From contig NC_086109.1 in NCBI RefSeq assembly GCF_963921235.1, forward strand, positions 3,040,001 to 3,104,000: a stretch of 64,000 nt of DNA. The letters are read 5' to 3'. Each line of letters starts with the position of its first letter. Positions within the stretch are counted from its first letter, which is position 1. A model generated the notes under the pieces. That model had not been told where the DNA came from and did no database searches. It saw only the letters and a list, made by a program, of their open reading frames with translations. The stretch comes from Mobula hypostoma (lineage: Eukaryota). Of the stretch, positions 59,860 through 64,000 are shown in pieces. Both the position numbers and the translations under genes were made by a program.

Positions 59860-60297
59860 ATACGTTGCCCCCGATCCCACCAGCCCACTCATCCCATTCC
59901 TTCCCCTTCACCCTTCTACTCAATCTACTTGTCACCTTCGCATACCTCCCACTGGTTCCCATCCCCACCTCCCTCCCTCTACTCCATGGTCCACCGTCTA
60001 CTCGGCCAAACTCCATCTTCTTCCGCCCCTTGTCAATTCCACCTTCCAGTTTAGTACACCATTCCCAAGCTCCCCTTCCCACACCTGCCTCTCAGTCCCC
60101 TCACCTGAACCTACCCATCACCTACCAGCTCGTGTCCATTCTCTCCCCCGCCATATAATGGATTCTCCCCTCTTTCTTTCCAGTCCTGATGAAGGGTCTC
60201 CCCCTGAAACGTCGAAGATCCATTCCCCTCCACAGATGCTACCTGACCTGTTGATCTTCTGCAGAGTTCTGTGCATTGCTCCAGATTTCCAGCATTT
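59860..60297 (+). mobile_element. Penelope-like pLTR with hammerhead core at 60182-60215
   Basis: Pyrimidine tract then AGTC-CTGATGA-AGGG(TCTCC)CCCT-GAAAC-GTC-GA. Confidence 0.7.
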
Positions 60298-63109
60298 TGT
60301 GGCCTCAGTTGTACACAGAAACGACCCAGAAACGCTCAGCAGGCCTGCCTCAGATCGGCAACTGAAGAGGTGTGTATGGAAGTCTCCCTTCATCATGAAA
60401 CATTCAACCCCAGGAATCACTTTGTATTCCTGACCCTGAGTGGTCGTACCTGGGAAGTAAAAAGAGGAAGTTGTTAGCACTAAGGTGACAGACGGAATCA
60501 GTGAAAGCTGCTATTTCCAATGGATTGTGTTGCTAAATATATTCTCGAAATGTGCGCCAATTCCAAAGTGTAACAGACAGAGGCCCAGCAAAATCGCACC
60601 AAGTTTGGATTGTAAGTAAATGTGTGGATTTTACAAGCTTGTTTTAAGGGTAAGAATCATCATCCCGAACAGATGGAATCCCTATTGGTGCATTTGGGAA
60701 AAAAAAATGTTTTGGACAGTTTGCACTTTCAGACAGACAGACGCATTCAATCTCTTTTTCTCCTGCCATATTCTCTGAATATTTGACACTTTAACTGAAT
60801 ATATTTTACATATGCCACCTTCCTGGGATAATGGGGCAGACATTTTCCTCGCTGTAAAATAACTAATGAGATTCAACACTTGCATGGTTAATGACTGATA
60901 AAACTTTGCCTTTACTCACGAGAGAAATGGAACATGTTCCTAAATTAACCAGATATATTCACAGATGGGTGACAATATCAGGAGCTGGCAGTATTTTGTT
61001 GATTTAAAAATCTGTTACAATTTTTAAGGTAATGAAAAGATTTAGTGGCAATGCGAGATATTACTGCTGGTGTTCTGAGTGAGCTTACCAAAAGTCCCAG
61101 ACTCTGACTAACATACAAATAGGCATATTCTCCAACAACATACCCAATTACAGGAGCAGTCGGTGGGGATTTTCTCTTTTAAAAAATTCAGGTTTAAGCA
61201 GACTTTATAAAATGCTTTTCTCCTGGGGTCTCAATTCATCTTGGTCAGATGTAGTCTTTCTCTGAACCATTCTGCACTGGCTCTTTATGCTTGAAGGTGA
61301 ATTAATTCAGGCAGTTTCAGTCTGTCCTTGGTGGCATCAGTCAACAGACCACAGAAAATATTTACCAGGTATTGAGTTAACAATCTGCCCTGGGATGCCA
61401 CGGCCATTATTTTTCAAGGAAATATTTGGACACCTTGACTGTCCTGACACCTTGACCTGGAGCCTCAGAGTATGTATGAGTGTTGCCTCCGAAATTTACT
61501 GAAACCAACAAGCTATAATTAAAGTGGTGCATAATGTTTGAGATGTGTTGTGTCAAGACGTGAAGAAGTCATTCGCGCAACATAAGGGAACAAAGGAAGG
61601 TTAGCACTTGAGCAAGAAGGAGAGGGAGGGTAACAAAACACTGATCAGATTGGCTCCGTGAAATGAACCAATCAAAGTGCAGATTAGTTTGTGTCAAATC
61701 CTGCCTAATCTGTCAGGTGAAACACTACTTAGAACAAGACCTTGCAAAGTAATTAAGCAGAAGGCTAGGCCGCAGTGAAGCGGAGTGTGTGTTTAACAAT
61801 CTGTGGAACGTTTTAGCCATCTACCCATTACTGAGAGCACTGAGGGAGAACAGTTTAAGGCTGATTCTAGATAAAGCCTAGATTGGGATGAACGGCAAAT
61901 CCTCACTGCTGCATTTACCAGGTCCCTCACGATAAAAAAAAACTGCCCATTATTGTTGCATTTCACACATTGCCTCCGCTGCCTTTGTATAAACAAAATA
62001 TATTCCTTTAACTGCTAAATTTATGCAGAACGGATGGTGACAGTGAGTTAATCAGTGAGCAGAGGAGCTTTGGGGCTGCCAGAAGATTAATCAGGATTCT
62101 CTGACATGCCAGTCAGAGAAAAGGAGTGGTATTTTTATGACAGGTTAAATGCAGTCCCAGATTGGCAAGGGAAGTCTGTTTCATAATGATATGAGGAGAG
62201 GGTGACAGGGGTGACAAAAACACCAGGTTGTTAATCATAAGGTGAGCTGAGATTCTGAGCTTAGGGTAATGAAGGCTGGAACATGAACAGTTGTTGTGTA
62301 TCTTTAAATGCCAGTTGCTTCAAGGAAAACAAAGACAATTATTGAGAAATGTCAGGACATTTGATGCTCCGGCCATTCTTCCAACAGCTTGAGTTGATAA
62401 TAATCATTGTCAGGCTTTGCAAGTTATATTTTTAAATACCTCTTTATAAGCAATTAATCATGGAAAAGACAACTTCCTTTGATCAACACTTCATGGAATT
62501 TGAATAGTTATTATCCAAGGTTGAAAAATGTCACAAGGAATTTCTGCTCCGAAATGGACACTGACAGTCTGTCAAAGACAGTGGTGGCGTGGAACCCGGT
62601 AAAGGAAATCTTCAACTGCAAAGGCTTTCCTGTGTTCAGGCAACATCTTAAGCATAGTGTTTGCCTTCCACAAGTGCATTTCCTCTTAATAATATTTTAA
62701 GTAATTTAATATCAGTTCAAGATGTAATTTTCAAACAACACTAATCCTCCAGTGTACCAAATTGCTTCCATTAGTAGAATTACGCTAATGTGATTGAGAC
62801 TCGGGTCGACTTTGAATGAATTCTGCACCAGTAGTATAGCTCTTGCATTTACTCAGAGCCTGAAGTGGATGACTTATAATATTTTAAAAAAATAGCCTGG
62901 CTTGTTTTTATTTCTCCTCTATGTCGAAGTCTGTACCTCAGGGAGTGATAAGGGTGGCCTTCACGACGGGTGAAATACATCTTACATATACCATTCCAAG
63001 TCCTTTGTTCATGGAATCACAGAGTTGTACAGCACAAAACAAGCCCTTCAGCCCATCTTGTCTGCTACTATCTACATTATTTACACCCTACAGCACTCGG
63101 CCTGTTTCT

Positions 63110-63862
63110 TTCCATAGGACGTCTTCAAGGAACGATGCCTTAGAAAGGCAGCATCCTTTATTAAACACGCACATCACCCAAGACATGCCATCTTCTCATT
63201 GCCACCATCAGGGAGGAGGTACAGGAGCCTGAAGGCACAAACTCAGTGAATCAGGAACAGCTTCTTCCCCTCTGCCATTGATTTCTGGATGGACATCGAA
63301 CCCATGAACACTACCTCACTACAATTTTTTTTTCTTTTTGCACCACTAATTTAATTTAACTTTTTAAATATACATATACATTTACTGTTGGATGGCAGGG
63401 TCTTCTCTATGTCTCTACCAAAGGAGCTGTAAGCACCCCTTCCCTCCTCTAGCCTGCAGGTCACCCTTGGGCAAGGTGTAGCACCTGCTTAGCCCCCGAT
63501 CAGGGTCATGTGAAGCCATAGGAACACGTGGTGGATGGTTGTACGAGCAGCCAGTGCAGATCCTGGTTATGTGACCACTGACGCCAGACAGACAATCTCT
63601 GAAGAGTATTGATAATGGCTGGGGCCACCCATCTTGTAAATACACTGGCCAGAAGAAGACAATGGTGAACCACTTTTGAAAAATTTGCCAAGAACAATCA
63701 TTGTCATGGAAAGATCATGATTACCCATGACATACGACGCGGCACATCATGAATGAATGATACTTACTGTAATCCAAAGTTTTTATTGTGTATTGCATTG
63801 TACTGCTGCCACATAACAACAAATTTCATGACATATGTCGGTGATATTAAACCTGATTCTGA
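63110..63862 (+). mobile_element. Rex1-type 3' end interrupted by a family C SINE (63389-63760)
   Basis: AGGAACAGCTTCTTCCCC (RNSFFP); TTACTGT duplicated at 63382-63388/63764-63770. Confidence 0.75.
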
Positions 63863-64000
63863 CGTGTCTCAAGCGTTTGTCTAAATACTTCTTAAATATG
63901 ACAGGGAAGCAGCATTATCATCTCCTCAAGAGGCACAGCCCACCATCTGAGAAAAAATAATTTCTTCTTCAAATCCCTGTAAACACTCGTCTACCCCTTA

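Overview
Repeat-dense vertebrate non-coding DNA; no host protein-coding gene can be supported. The repeat spectrum suggests a cartilaginous fish, probably a ray (inference): CR1/HER1-type LINEs, Rex1/Babar LINEs, V-SINE, RTE-derived elements, Penelope-like pLTR fragments, solo LTRs and Tc1-like MITEs. The only intact long ORF is ORF2 (APE endonuclease + RT, 8682-11681) of a young, 5'-truncated CR1 LINE. Main observations: (1) ORF2 has no AUG before codon 202, and a canonical -1 slippery heptamer T TTA AAC lies directly before the ORF1 stop in the register that fuses esterase ORF1 to ORF2; (2) non-autonomous retroelements carry three candidate self-cleaving RNA classes: minimal hammerheads in Penelope-derived mini-elements, an HDV-like fold at the TSD-defined 5' ends of two RTE-derived families, and a decayed twister; (3) several nested insertions with readable TSDs and tandem arrays that arose inside transposons. 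Boundaries of old, degraded repeats are approximate, and family names were assigned by eye without database searches.
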